A stretch of DNA of 63,779 nt, counting the filler, from Welwitschia mirabilis (taxonomy: Eukaryota), in the NCBI GenBank assembly GCA_051453625.1. It is 7 parts of one record of this genome, joined end to end, with 100 filler letters (N's around TTAATTAATTAA, not from the genome) between each part and the next. Parts side by side here need not be neighbours in the genome. Positions count along the whole stretch, not along the records: positions 27,492 to 43,767 come from JBOZIK010000001.1; 6 more parts are not named here. One strand, written 5' to 3'. The notes under the pieces are model-generated. The model was not told the origin of the DNA. It saw only the letters and a list, made by a program, of their open reading frames with translations, and searched no databases. This document shows positions 27,905 through 39,704 of the stretch, one piece after another (the first letter of the stretch is position 1; the number at the start of each line of letters is the position of its first letter). Made by a program: the position numbers and the translations under genes.

Positions 27905-30900
27905 CAATTAGTTTGACTACATTAATTATTTTTAATCCATTAAATCTTGTCAAAGCAAAATTTCTGAATCATAAAGATTAATCATCTCAATCGTTATAGA
28001 TAATTTTTTAGGTTTTTTCATGCTTCACTTATTTTCATAGGGTTTTTGGTCTAAATTAATTATTTAATGCTAATATTTATTTTAGTCTTTATGGGGTTCA
28101 CCATTCCCCAAAATAGCATTCATACCATGATTTTAATGATAGTGTTAATCAGATTAAAATCAAACCTTTTATTAAGGATCAAGTCATATTTCACAAACTA
28201 TCAAATCATATTTCATAAACTATGTATTAAATGTCTAATATTATTTTTCTAAACATACCCATGAGTCAATAAATAGGATAAAATATTGATTATTCAAATA
28301 TCATCCCTAAACATGTTATTTGTTGCTTTGATAATTAATTTACAAAACTTAATAAAAATAAAATTGTAAAATTCAACTATAGTTAGCCACTCAGCCAAGT
28401 ACTCATCTAGAAAGAGTGTGATTATTTATGAGGTTCCTACTTATTTGATATTAATGCTTTAATAAAAATACTTACTTACATAAATAAGACTAAATATTTT
28501 TGTTTTTGCTTTTTACCAAATTTAATGGTCTCAACACTTACTGAGAAATCTTTAAAAAAATACCTTCCATAAGTAAACAAATTCTTTAATTATAAATATC
28601 GTAATTTTGGCATTTATTATATTTTTTAATATTTGATCTCTTTCTCAACATCCAACCTTTTATGGGTGTCCAAACTCAAATTTATTATTTTATTTAAGAA
28701 TCAAACACTAACCTAGGGCTTCTTATGTGTTTGATACCTACTTGTTATACCTCTACTTGGAGTAAGGCATAAGCCTCTAATCTACTATGTCCTTCATGGA
28801 TTCTTAATGTCTAAGCATCTAATCCTAAAGGTTTTAGATGCTTAGTACTTAGGACTTCAATCTTTATTTCTTTATAAATTGAATGATTTAGCATCCAAAT
28901 CTTAGTTCTTCCTACATATGACATCTATGCATCTCATCATTGGTTTTCTACCTAAGCATGATATGATAATCATTTAATCATTAGAATATGGTGTGCCTAA
29001 GCTTTAATCACAATGTTGTATTCTTGTAAACATTTATAGTTAGATAAACATGTTTTTAAGACAAGAAAAACATGTTTACTCTCTTCTTAATTTCATCTTG
29101 ATTATTCTTTTTCTTTGAAGCCCTTGAAGTTAAGAATTAAAATTAACTTTATTAAATCATTGCAAAGGTTTGTAAGATTGCATGTGAATGCTATCAAAAC
29201 TTTAGATATGCAATAATTAATCCTTAACATGAAAATAATCATTATTAATCTTTCAAAAAATAAATTTCTTATACTTAATCTATTATAAGGGCTAATAAGT
29301 TGATATCAAATCAACCTATCATACCTTTAAGAGATCAATGTATCAAGTAGCTTATAGAAGTGAAGTTAATAAGTAATAATAACATGGAAAAAATTAGATG
29401 AATTACTAACATAATCAATAACATTTTAATGTAATATTTATAAACCTATTGGTAGGATTTTCCTATTACAATCTCATTAGGATTTTACCACTATTGTTAG
29501 CATGAAGCTTTCTGTTAGATCTAAATGAACTTTTGCATTTATTACTATGATTACAACCTTACTAACTAGAGGTCATAAACCATTAGTTATTGGTTCTTGG
29601 ATGTTAACATCAATCTACTTTAGAAATATCGCTATATTTAATTTTAAGTATCATCTACATGCCTTATAAAGATCAAAAATATAGGATTTGAGTCATGACT
29701 AAGATTGAAAACTAAATTGATATCATGAAATCACAATTTCAAATTTGTGTAAAATAATTAATTCATACCATCCAAATTAATTATAACCTTAGGTTAAAGG
29801 GATAATAATAGAAGATTTTCTTAGCAAATAATGGTACTAGGATTAATGGCATAAGCAAAATCTAAGATCTTACATACTACTATGATCATTTTAATGAAAA
29901 ATTAATTACGTTATAATAGTGTAAAGATAATATTAGAGATGATTTAATTAAATAGTTTTTAATTTTAATTAGCAACACAAAGATCATGAATCAAACTCTG
30001 AGAACCAAATAGTTATAAGTTTGATTAAGAACATTAGCATTTCATATAACAAGAATTGGATGATTTTATCTTTCATTACCTTTTCTTCTTAATAAAATTC
30101 TAGTCAATGACACTTATATTTGAAAAACTTTATTAAACAATAAATTCATTCTTTACCTAATAAGGTTTTTTGAAAACTATTATCTTATAATTGCTATCAC
30201 TATGAATGCCACAAGTAAAAATCTATTATCTATGTCATCTAGTGTTATTAGTTTGATTGATTAGATACCTGCATTTCATGTTACCTCATTTTATGCATGC
30301 ACACTATCCCTTTTTAACTATTTAATATCTTATATGTATTATCAACATAATATGCACCTTACTATCATTTGTCATCTCCTAATATAAAATACTATTGTTT
30401 CAAAAAAATACTACATTTGTCCTTTTCTTTTTATTTTAGCTATATGGCACTTGATTTCCAACTATGGCATGCATTTTAAATTTATTTTTATATCTCAGTA
30501 TTGTTATTTGATTCAACGATTGATTTTTCTCTAATGTAAGGGTTCCTTACAAGTTATTTTAGAGGTATTCTTTAGCCTCAAAGACTTATCTCTTTGATGT
30601 TTAACTTGAGCATTTTTTCATGGTATCAAAAAAATGTAAAGATACTATAAGTTAAGTTATAATCATTCCAACAAAACCATGAAATACTACTTAGATCAAA
30701 AGGTTTAAATTAAATGCTTGTTTTAGATGAAATGTGTGTCACATAGTAAGATTTCTAAGAACATAATGTTACTAACATTTTAGTGTAGTAGAGCTAGAAT
30801 GAACCTCGAATTAGTTTGAAGACAAATAAAATATTTATGCTTGTAAATAATAAGCCACAATGTTACCTCTAAATAAATATCTATGAAAATATTGAAGAGA

Positions 30901-31452
30901 GTTATTAAATGTTGAAAGTCATTTTTTCAAAATTAGTATTATAAGAAGGTACTAATAATAGATGGGTTAATGAGGGATTTAAGAAGTATGAAATAGAGAA
31001 TTCTCATTTTTAATGTTTTTAATGTGATTTTAAAAAAACTTATCTCCTTTGTCTTTAAAGAAAAAATATAAGCCTCTTGGCCATTTTTGTATGAAGCATT
31101 ATTTAAAATAGTAAAGTTTTAAGCATTTTTAGGATCACAAAAATAAGAATTAGGTTTATGCTTTATAGTGTTTAACTACTATTTGATAATTTATACAAGA
31201 TATTGTTATTACATAGTAATTTACTACTTTAAATCTATGTTGGTTAAATGATTATAGTATTTTGACTCAAAAAAGTTTTATATTTTGATTAATAATAATA
31301 TTTTACTAAGCTACTGTAGCTATTGTAAACATTAAAAACAACATTCATAATAAATATGAGGCATTCCTAGTGTTGACATTTTCTTAAGCAATGACAAATT
31401 ATTAATGTATTGAAATCCAATGATAGAATGCACTTTTATAACTTTATAATAT

Positions 31453-34400
31453 TGTTACATCCTTTAAAATACGTTGTTGAGAGATTCGATAATTAAATGT
31501 TTCATAAGCATGACTTATTAAATGAAAAGACATAAGTCAAATGAGCTATATTAATTAATTGTGTATTAATTATGACTCATGAATTGAGTACTCAAGGGGT
31601 ATGAACCCTTTAGAAATGGTATGAATTAACTCACGACCTTTAATCAATGTCAAAGGATGGTTTACTCAGGGCATTGAACACATTCAACATGTTGGTTATA
31701 ATCCTTGACAAGCCCCATCTAGCTACCTAGCACTTAGATAAAAGAAAGTCATTTTCACTTTATTTCAAGTCTATCTTTAATTTTGTAAATATTTTACTTA
31801 TTTTCTTATTAAGTTCGTCATTGTAATCTTATGAGAATTTTATTCTTAAATATTAAGATGTCAAATTTTCAAAATTGGTGCAAGAGATAGTGATCCACAA
31901 ATTTATAAGAGTAAAACAATGAAGAAAATTAATGAAGATGCCCATCAATGGAAAATTTATAAGTAAGAAAATGAAAACACGGGGAAACACACTCTATTAC
32001 ATTTATAAGTGGTACTAATTTAGTGCTTGACAATGACGTTGAAATCACACTTACAAGAAGTATTAATGTAACACCTATAAGGTAAAACGATATCACAACT
32101 AAAGTAACTTTAACTAAGTTCCTATAAGGTTAAAGACTCCATAAAGGACACTAATGTTCTGATCTCAAGTTAATAGGACATTCAAAAATAAATATAAAAT
32201 ACTAGCATTCTAATCTTGCATTATTATAAGGTCTAGAAATGATTATGTAGCATTAGGGTTTTTATTTTGAGTTAGCAAGAGGTTCATAAATTAGTATAGG
32301 ATACTAGTGTTTTGATCTTAAGACAATAGAAGGTCCATAAATTAGTGCATCATGTTAGTATTTTAGTCCTTAGCCAAAAATAAGTTCAAAAGCTATTATA
32401 AGATGTTAATGTTATGATCTTGAGCCAAAAAGATATCCAAAAATCATTATAGATTGCTAGTGTTCTGATCTTGAGTCAATAGGAGATTCAAATTCAATAT
32501 AAGATTCTCCTGCTCTAATGATGTGTTAGTAGGAGATTCGAAAATCAAGTGAGGATGTCAATATTTTGATCTTAACAATATGTCCAAAAATTAGTATAGA
32601 ATATTAGTGTTCTAGTGCTAAAAAGTAGATTAAAAGAGGTTTATAAAGTAATATAAGGTGTTAATGCTCTAATTTTGAACTAATAAAATGTCATGAGAAT
32701 AGTATAAGATGCTAGTGTCCTATCTTACAATAAGCATTCTAATTAGAAGACATTATAAAACATTAGGATTCTATCTAAAATTAATCTAGAGCCTAAAAGG
32801 TATTATTGTTCTTTTTAAGATTAATATAGAACTTATAGAGATACTATAACGTATCAAGGTTCTATTAAAAGATAATTTAGTGCCCATAGAGTCACTATAG
32901 AGTATTAAGGTTCTATTTAGAAATGATCTTACCTACAGAGTTACTATAGGATGTTAGGATTCTATTTCGTATTATTCTAGAACATACAAAGTTATCATTA
33001 TGCATTAGGGGTACGTTTAAAACCAAATTGAAGCCTATAGAGATACTATATGGCAATAAGTGCCTATTTGAAACTGAATCAAAGCCTATAAAGTTGGTAT
33101 AAGGTGCTAAAGTTCTATCTAAGACTAAATAAAAGCCTATAGACTTGTTATAAAATGGTAGGCTTTGTCTAAGCCTAAAATAAAGTATATTGACTTATAA
33201 GGCATCAAGGTTGTATCTAGGATTAAACCAAAACTTATAGGCTTGCTATAGGGTGTTAAGATTTTGTCTAAGACTAAAACAAAGCCTATAAACTTTCTAT
33301 AGGGCATTAGGTTTCTATTTGATACTAAATTCTAGCCTATACACTTGTTATAAGGCATCACAGTTCTTTTTAAGACTAAATTAGAGCTTATAAACTTTTG
33401 CTATGACGTGCGACGGTTTTGTCTAAGATTGAATTAAAGCCTACAAACTTTTCTAGGTCATTAGGATTCCATTTGAGATTGAACCAAAGCCTGTAGACTT
33501 GTTGCAGAGCGTCAAGGTTCTATCTGAAACCTGTTTTAGCTCTATCAAAGGTCATGTGAAATTCCTAAAAGGTATTTTCGATCAAACGTTCATAGTTTGA
33601 ATTAGATCCAGTAATATCAAAGTATGAATTTTTAGTTATTAATAAATTTTAATTAATTTTTGTCAATATAAAGTTAGTAAATCTTTTATTAGTTCTTGTT
33701 GTTAAAGATGTTTTCTTTAACCAATAAACTATGTTTAGAAGCAATTAAATCAATGTTAACTAGTAAAGTTATTGCTTAAACAATTGAATTCCCATAAATA
33801 GAAGGCAAAAACCCACTGATGAAAATGTCACTTTTACAATGTGTGAATTCGCAAAACACGAAAAATCACATAAATAATCACATCAATGGTCTTGACCAAA
33901 TAATTAAGGAAGTTCATTGTGAAAATTAGGTTCATTACATAAATGTTAAGGTCTCTCAGTAGTAATCAAACAAGAATTTAGACTCTATCCTAGATGCCAT
34001 AGAAGGCAGACCATAGGAAGGCCTATTGAAACGCTCTAAGAAAAAATCCAAGCATCCTCACAGGCTTGAAACAAGAGGATTTAAACTCTTGAACAACATT
34101 TCACTTATGCTCTAGTAGGATCTCAAGCTCTTAAAGAAACCCAAAGGCAACTCCAAGAATGTGAATATTAAATCCAAAGCTTACATGGGGAAGTAAGAAG
34201 TCAATCAATATAGAAGTGATATTTGCAAGATTATGTCAAAAAGATCTAAACTACAATGACTCAAGAGCTCCAAGATTATGTGAAGAAGCAATGGATTGGC
34301 TAAAATATGTCAAAAACCATTTTCAACTTAAGAATATTGAAAATGCTAATTACAATAATATGTATAATGTTTTTCCATAGGTAATGCAACTACATGATGG

Positions 34401-35292
34401 AGTAGTTTATATTCAAAGATGCATGAGTGGGCTCAATGGGCAGATTGTGTTAAAGAGTTCCAAAAGGCAATCACTCCTAGTTATTTTGTTAAGAATAAAC
34501 AAATGCATTTATGATATCTTCGATTAGCTAAAAGGAGCCTAGAGAAAGCATAAGGATGAATTTCATAACTTGGTAAAACATCAATGTCAAAGAGACTTTA
34601 AATAGTTGTCTAATGACTTTGTCAAAGCCCTACCATTGAGGTTAGAAAACCTTATCTATCTGATCAAGCCCAAATCTCTATAATAAGCCTAGAAAGAAAT
34701 AGAGTGTTACATGGAGGGAGAACAATGAGTCGTGATACATGCACAATTTGTAAATAACTCTACAGTTATGAAAGAGTTATCATTAGAGGATGATCAACAG
34801 TCCTAAGGGAGGAATTTATCACATGCAAGAAATCCTATTGTGAAAGGCAAAATTATTTAATAAACACAATTTAGTAAATGAATTAGATATTTATTAAATG
34901 AGTTGACATTAATAAATTATACATTAATTATAACTTATTAATTAAGTTGTTGATTGTTCAAGGCCTATGAACATTTTTAAAAAGGCATGTGTAACTCCTG
35001 AACTTGGATTAACATGAAAAAGATAGCATGATCCTTGACAAATTGAACCTTGCCACCCAACAATCTTAAATAAAAGACCTAGAAGTTCATCCCTCTAGCT
35101 AGTACATCAAGTTAGGTCACCCCCTTAAGGAAGATTGTTAGTAGTTATCATGAGATTCTTTTGAAATGTTAATAAAATGAAGTTATTTTCATTTTCTTTC
35201 TAGTCTATTTCTAATTCTGCAAACATTTTACGTTCTTATTAATTTCGTTATTAGAATCTTATTCTTAAACATTAAGACATTGGATCGTTACA
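31453..35292 (+). mobile_element. complete non-autonomous LTR retrotransposon (gag-only, TR-GAG-like), 3.84 kb
   Basis: 5' LTR 31453-31871 (TG...CA) and 3' LTR about 34817-35292 (ends ttaca) align by eye. PBS-like tgg at 31876, PPT aagggaggaa at 34805-34814, and AATAT on both flanks (31448-31452, 35293-35297). Decayed gag-like motifs at about 34350-34570. No pol recognisable. Confidence 0.75.
32140..33535 (+). repeat. degenerate tandem array of ~51-bp units (about 27 copies)
   Basis: Example units: ataggatactagtgttttgatcttaagacaatagaaggtccataaattagt (51 nt) and atagggtgttaagattttgtctaagactaaaacaaagcctataaactttct (51 nt). Confidence 0.85.
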
Positions 35293-35899
35293 AATATATA
35301 ATGGTAGTTAATTGGTTAATGTATTTTCACCCACCTAAGCCTTGAATTTTCATTAAAGGCTACATTTGCCATTTTTAGTTGTCCATATAATAAATAACTT
35401 TGCTATATAAATGAATGCATTTTTAATATACTAGTTGTTATATTCTATAGTTAATTCATAAGTGATTTATCATATAATATTCATGTTATTTATCCCTCTC
35501 ACTACATTATAGAATTAATCTTATTATATTTCATGCTCAATTTAACTTGAATATACTCAATAATTATAGTTAAAAAATTTATATTGGCATTTATGGTGTT
35601 TCAGATTAACCCACTTTCACTAGTATAGCTCACCACTACTTGCGATTAATACCAAATTGGGAGAACCAATTTTTGGGAGGTATAGCAATGAGATCATGTC
35701 ACTTACTTAATAAATATTAATTTTTGACATACAAGAATAAACTTCATCATCTTAAACAATAGTCACATTAAAATGTGGCTTGCAAATAACTACTTTCAAT
35801 ATGACCCTTTACACTTAGATGACCATTTATCACATCTTAGTTTTCACCCTATTAACTTGACTTGTTCCCTATTAAGTTAGCTTGTCTGCATTTAAAAAG

Positions 35900-36230
35900 A
35901 TAGTTGTAAACAATCATGGAAACACCCACATGGACACTAATATTCAAATATCCATTTGCTCAAATCTCATCTACTCCAACCCTTTTAACTTTCTACAATG
36001 AGCTCATGCTTTTTCTCCATCTTGGTACCAAAAATTTGTTTAGGGTTCTGAACTCCACAATGGCAACTTTAAGATTGAATAATGTAACACTTATTATGTT
36101 TGTAACATGGAACATTTCATCCTCTTATTTGACTTAAATTTGTGTTGTTTCTCTTATACTTTCTTCTTTGTAAGGAAGCTTTCAAAGCAACCTAATTTGT
36201 GATATCAATAACCACCTCACCGTTACCTTT
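35900..36230 (+). mobile_element. possible Ty1/copia protease / pre-integrase remnant
   Basis: LRLNNVTLIMFVTWNISSSYL weakly resembles the copia LxNVLxVPxxxxNLxSVSxL motif. Confidence 0.3.
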
Positions 36231-36519
36231 TACAATGGGTCTACAAAAGCCTTAACTAACATGTCCTTTATGAGAACCTCCATCGTGTTGTTAGACATTA
36301 CTACTAAAGCTATCTTCAAAACAATGAAGCCTATTGTCATGTACCTTAATTCCCTAAGATATGGACTACTCGGTTCAATAGGACCTAAACCCCCGAAACC
36401 AATTAGATTACACAGTGTGGAATATGGACTTGATGACATGAACAAGACTAAACTAACGGAAAAATTGAAGATTTATTTAGAAACATGACGGTGATGCGAT
36501 AATGGAACGCTAGAAAACA

Positions 36520-36667
36520 CACGTGAAAAATCTATTTTCCCTTTTCCGATTTAAAAAAAGCTACATCAGCAACAGCTTTGCCACTCAAATCTTCGCTGGC
36601 AACCAATAGATTAGAAAAGGTTTAGAAACGCCATTAGGTGAACATCCAAACGCAACAAGCCACGTGT
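36520..36667. promoter_or_regulatory. two G-boxes (CACGTG at 36520-36525 and 36661-36666; the second reads ACACGTGGC, ABRE-type, on the minus strand)
   Basis: Exact motif matches in the CpG-retaining 3' flank of the bHLH gene. Function not shown. Confidence 0.35.
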
Positions 36668-37642
36668 TAGAACCAAGATAACCGCTCCTGACTCCCCGAG
36701 TTTTAACTTTTGAATTGACTTGGAATTTATTTATGCTAATTGGCAGGCAACTTCTTTTAAGACATATACCCTGAGCACTTTTCCTTGATATTCGTTGAAG
36801 CATAAAATAAAACAATCCAGGCACCAGCTTTAGTTATCGGCCACGATAAAAGTAGGGAATCAATTCAATCGTTGAAAGATAGAGTTTAAGCTTGATTCTA
36901 TGCCTAATTGTTTATTGACTATTGGCTAGAAATGGAAACAAGGAAACAGTAAAACAACGGGGTAAAAGTATCATTAAGGCAGGCAGATTGAATTATATAG
37001 CCGCAGCAATCCCCAGAGCGTGCACCCTCTCCCACAAAGAAACGTCACTGTGTTAGAGATTCGTGCATTTCATATTTCTGCTCATTAATTATCCGTAGAA
37101 CTTTGCACCCGGACAACTGTATTTGCTGCCAGGTGCCAAAGCAAGGCTCTATCAATGACAATTAGCATAAATAATAACTTGTTGTAACCATGGAAAGTGG
37201 GAAACAATCCTCCCTGGCTCTTTGAATTATTACAACAAACTTCTATAATTAAATTGGGTCAAAAACAAAAGTAAGATGATGACGACAGAGTCATATTTGC
37301 AGATTTGCAAGACGATCTTCGCCTCTGTTCTTGTCTGAGTCTGATGAGTCTGAGAAGATGAGGAATCTCTATGTCTATGTGGACAACTGAAAACTGCAAA
37401 GAATAGGTGGGGGCTCGGAACTTGCGAACCACGGCAAATGCCGTGACTAAGGCCGCGTCTTGCTTTGGAGGTATATTATGTACAGGTACAGCCAACAAGG
37501 GTTTGTGAGTAAAATAAAGTAGATAGATAGTACCTGGTATGGTGTTTTTCTGGGCTGGCCCAATACGCCTACAAGAAAAGCCAATTGGTCAAAAATCGAA
37601 TAAGATTTTCAGTCAGAACATCAGTGTCAATTTGTTAAGGGA

Positions 37643-37747
37643 CTAAATTTGTTTGTGGTGATGATGCTGTTGCTGGAGAGCGCTCTGCATTAGGCCAATA
37701 TTGTAGAGAGTGTGCAGTTCATTGTCCCAGCCTGCAGGGGATTGCCT
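37643..37747 (-). CDS. bHLH coding exon 7 ([34 protein letters not shown])
   Basis: Acceptor ttgcag|AGG; WDNEL resembles the family W(E/D)xDLQ motif; TAG at 37645-37643. Confidence 0.75.
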   Translation of the reverse strand, partial: RQSPAGWDNELHTLYNIGLMQSALQQQHHHHKQI

Positions 37748-39704
37748 CTGCAATTTTTTTGTCAAAATGAGATTGCTAGTTGATTTACCCAAACGAAACT
37801 TTTAAAAAGAAAAGTGGTTACCAATCCGAGACTTGATACCCCAAGGATAATGATTATGATGGGTCATTACTTTTGGTCCTACTGGTGAAATAATAAAGAA
37901 GGCGGGGGAAAAAATTTACCTGATAATTATTTCCGTCAAATACTTCGGCAGAGTCGACTGAACTGATTGCAGACGGCATATCTGATCCAGGACTCTGCAT
38001 GGCCCGCACCGCCCCTGACCTTATATGTTCCACAGCAGTAAAGGCAGGAGATGCTTCCTTGCTTTGAAAGCCCTCAAGCATCTAGAAACGGTGAGAAGAA
38101 AATCTCTTAGATGAAAAGTTGATTCCAATGTGTACCGGGGAAATTTTTTGGGTATAATGGTTACCTCTCTAGATGAGAAACTTTCCATGCTCCATTCTAG
38201 GTTAGGGTTCACAGTAGCCAGCTTCATTGACAGGAACTGTACCAGGGAAAGAAAGTGACGCTAGTTATAGAAAAATATATGTATGAATGCTAGTTAACAG
38301 CGGTATGCAATTAGTCTTTGATAGAAAAGCTAAATGAACAAAGGTCTTACCTCAACCTGGTTTTGAAGGGATTGAACATAGTTAATAATCTCGTCCAACA
38401 TCAACGCCTTGCCAGTAACCTAAAATGTACAGAATAATTATCCCGATAAGACGGTTTTTTATCGACGTCTTGAATCCCCGATATATTATGTTAATTCAGT
38501 AAGTTCCAAGACTCAACACAGCTTTTTCATGAAACCAAAGAAACGCCATTCCCAGGATGAGTTCCCATCTGGAACGTCTACTTTGACAAGCAATAACATT
38601 TGGCATCAGACCTAGCACACTGAACTCTTTTGAGCTCAGCTAAGGCAACTTTGTGTGCAATCAAGCGTGTGATAAGGGATTGGTAAAATTTGTCTGGAAC
38701 GGGGAAAAGATGATAACAATGCGTCACGCGTCACATAGATTAGTTACCTTGTGACAGGTAGGTACCAACTCCTGCAGATACTTCATCCTCTCGTTGATTT
38801 TTTCTCTTCTCACCTGCAAGATGATAGACATCAACCTTGTCATGCTGTCTGTGACCACATTAATACAGAGAGAGCAGAAACTTCGTCCCCAACACCTTAC
38901 CCTTTCAGCCAAGCTGTGACTGTCGGTAGCCTGCCCTCTTCTTGCTCGCACATGAATGACGTTATCGTCCTTGACAATAACAGGCTTTGAATTTTTTCCT
39001 TTTTCCTTTTTTGGATTCCCCTCCAAAACCTCTTCATTCCGGACGTTTTCCTCGCTCTCCAAGTTCTCTATAGCTCTGCATTTTTTGGCCTTTGAATCTT
39101 GCGCTTCACCCTGTTAGCAATTCAATTTTCATTCTCTGTTAACAAACCAACCAGAAGCCCAAGGAAGAAACAAATATGAGTGCAAACCAGCAATACGAAC
39201 CTTAGCTGTTTCACCCCTGCTTCTCCTCTTCTTTGCAGAGCCATCATCTGAACTTTTAGCCGGTTCTGCCACCACGTTCGAGTCTACCAACGGATTCGAA
39301 ACGGTGGAATTTCCACGTTCAAAAGCGTTGTTTCGGAATGCTGAAAACTTGACAGCTCTTTCCACAAAACCAGGGTCCGAAGGAAATTGCAAAGGAAGAG
39401 GCGCTGGTAGAGGTTTGGATTCCAAACCAGACCCTTGAACACCATTCCATCCATTCGCCGGAATCATATCCACCGCATCTTTGAAAGCCAAAGGATTCTG
39501 CTCTCCAAATTGCGACCGATGGGCATTAACGCTGGCAAATGCCATAGCAGGCAGCCTATCTACCACTCTTCCAGCAAAGGTCGGATCCAGACAGAATGAC
39601 GCCTCATTCAGCGGCAAATTGTCCGGGACCCCAGAAAATGTGTTACTCGGAAGACATTTGTGAGAAAAGGAAGCCGATGAATTGCTAAAAGCATTTGCAT
39701 CCAT
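37643..39704 (-). CDS. bHLH transcription factor, subfamily XII (CIB/ACE, bHLH49/62/78-like); join complement(39201-39704, 38901-39110, 38748-38813, 38351-38419, 38165-38236, 37920-38081, 37643-37747), 395 aa
   Basis: Spliced translation gives [75 protein letters not shown], the subfamily XII signature. It also has the N-terminal [18 protein letters not shown] motif (cf. bHLH49 QFPADSGFIERAARFS) and a C-terminal GWDNELH motif. All six introns are GT-AG and phase 0, and three fall at the conserved positions inside the bHLH domain. Confidence 0.93.
37920..38081 (-). CDS. bHLH coding exon 6 (MLEGFQ...GNNYQ)
   Basis: Acceptor tttctag|ATG, donor CAG|gtaaat; 162 nt, in frame. Confidence 0.85.
38165..38236 (-). 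CDS. bHLH coding exon 5 ([24 protein letters not shown])
   Basis: Acceptor gtacag|TTC, donor GAG|gtaacc; 72 nt. Confidence 0.93.
38351..38419 (-). CDS. bHLH coding exon 4 ([23 protein letters not shown])
   Basis: Acceptor ttttag|GTT, donor GAG|gtaaga; 69 nt; loop and helix 2. Too short to appear in the ORF track. Confidence 0.95.
38748..38813 (-). CDS. bHLH coding exon 3 ([22 protein letters not shown])
   Basis: Acceptor ttgcag|GTG, donor AAG|gtaact; 66 nt; helix 1. Confidence 0.95.
38901..39110 (-). CDS. bHLH coding exon 2 (GEAQDSK...SHSLAER)
   Basis: Acceptor ctaacag|GGT, donor AGG|gtaagg; 70 codons; start of the basic region. Confidence 0.92.
39201..39704 (-). CDS. bHLH coding exon 1 (MDANAF...GETAK, 168 codons)
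   Basis: ATG at 39704 is directly preceded by ttcttgcctcag. Donor AAG|GTTCGT. Contains the [11 protein letters not shown] motif and a basic KKRR stretch. Confidence 0.85.

Noticed and set aside
32140..33535. CRISPR-like appearance of the 51-bp array
   Set aside because: Whole units are homologous, with no unique spacers and no cas genes, in a plant TE context.
36261..36488. 75-aa ORF downstream of the gene
   Set aside because: No recognisable domain or splice support; borders TE debris.
37000..37260. snRNA or miRNA gene suggested by TCCCAC and TATA-like motifs
   Set aside because: No known snRNA or miRNA sequence or long hairpin was recognisable, and the motif match and orientation are poor.
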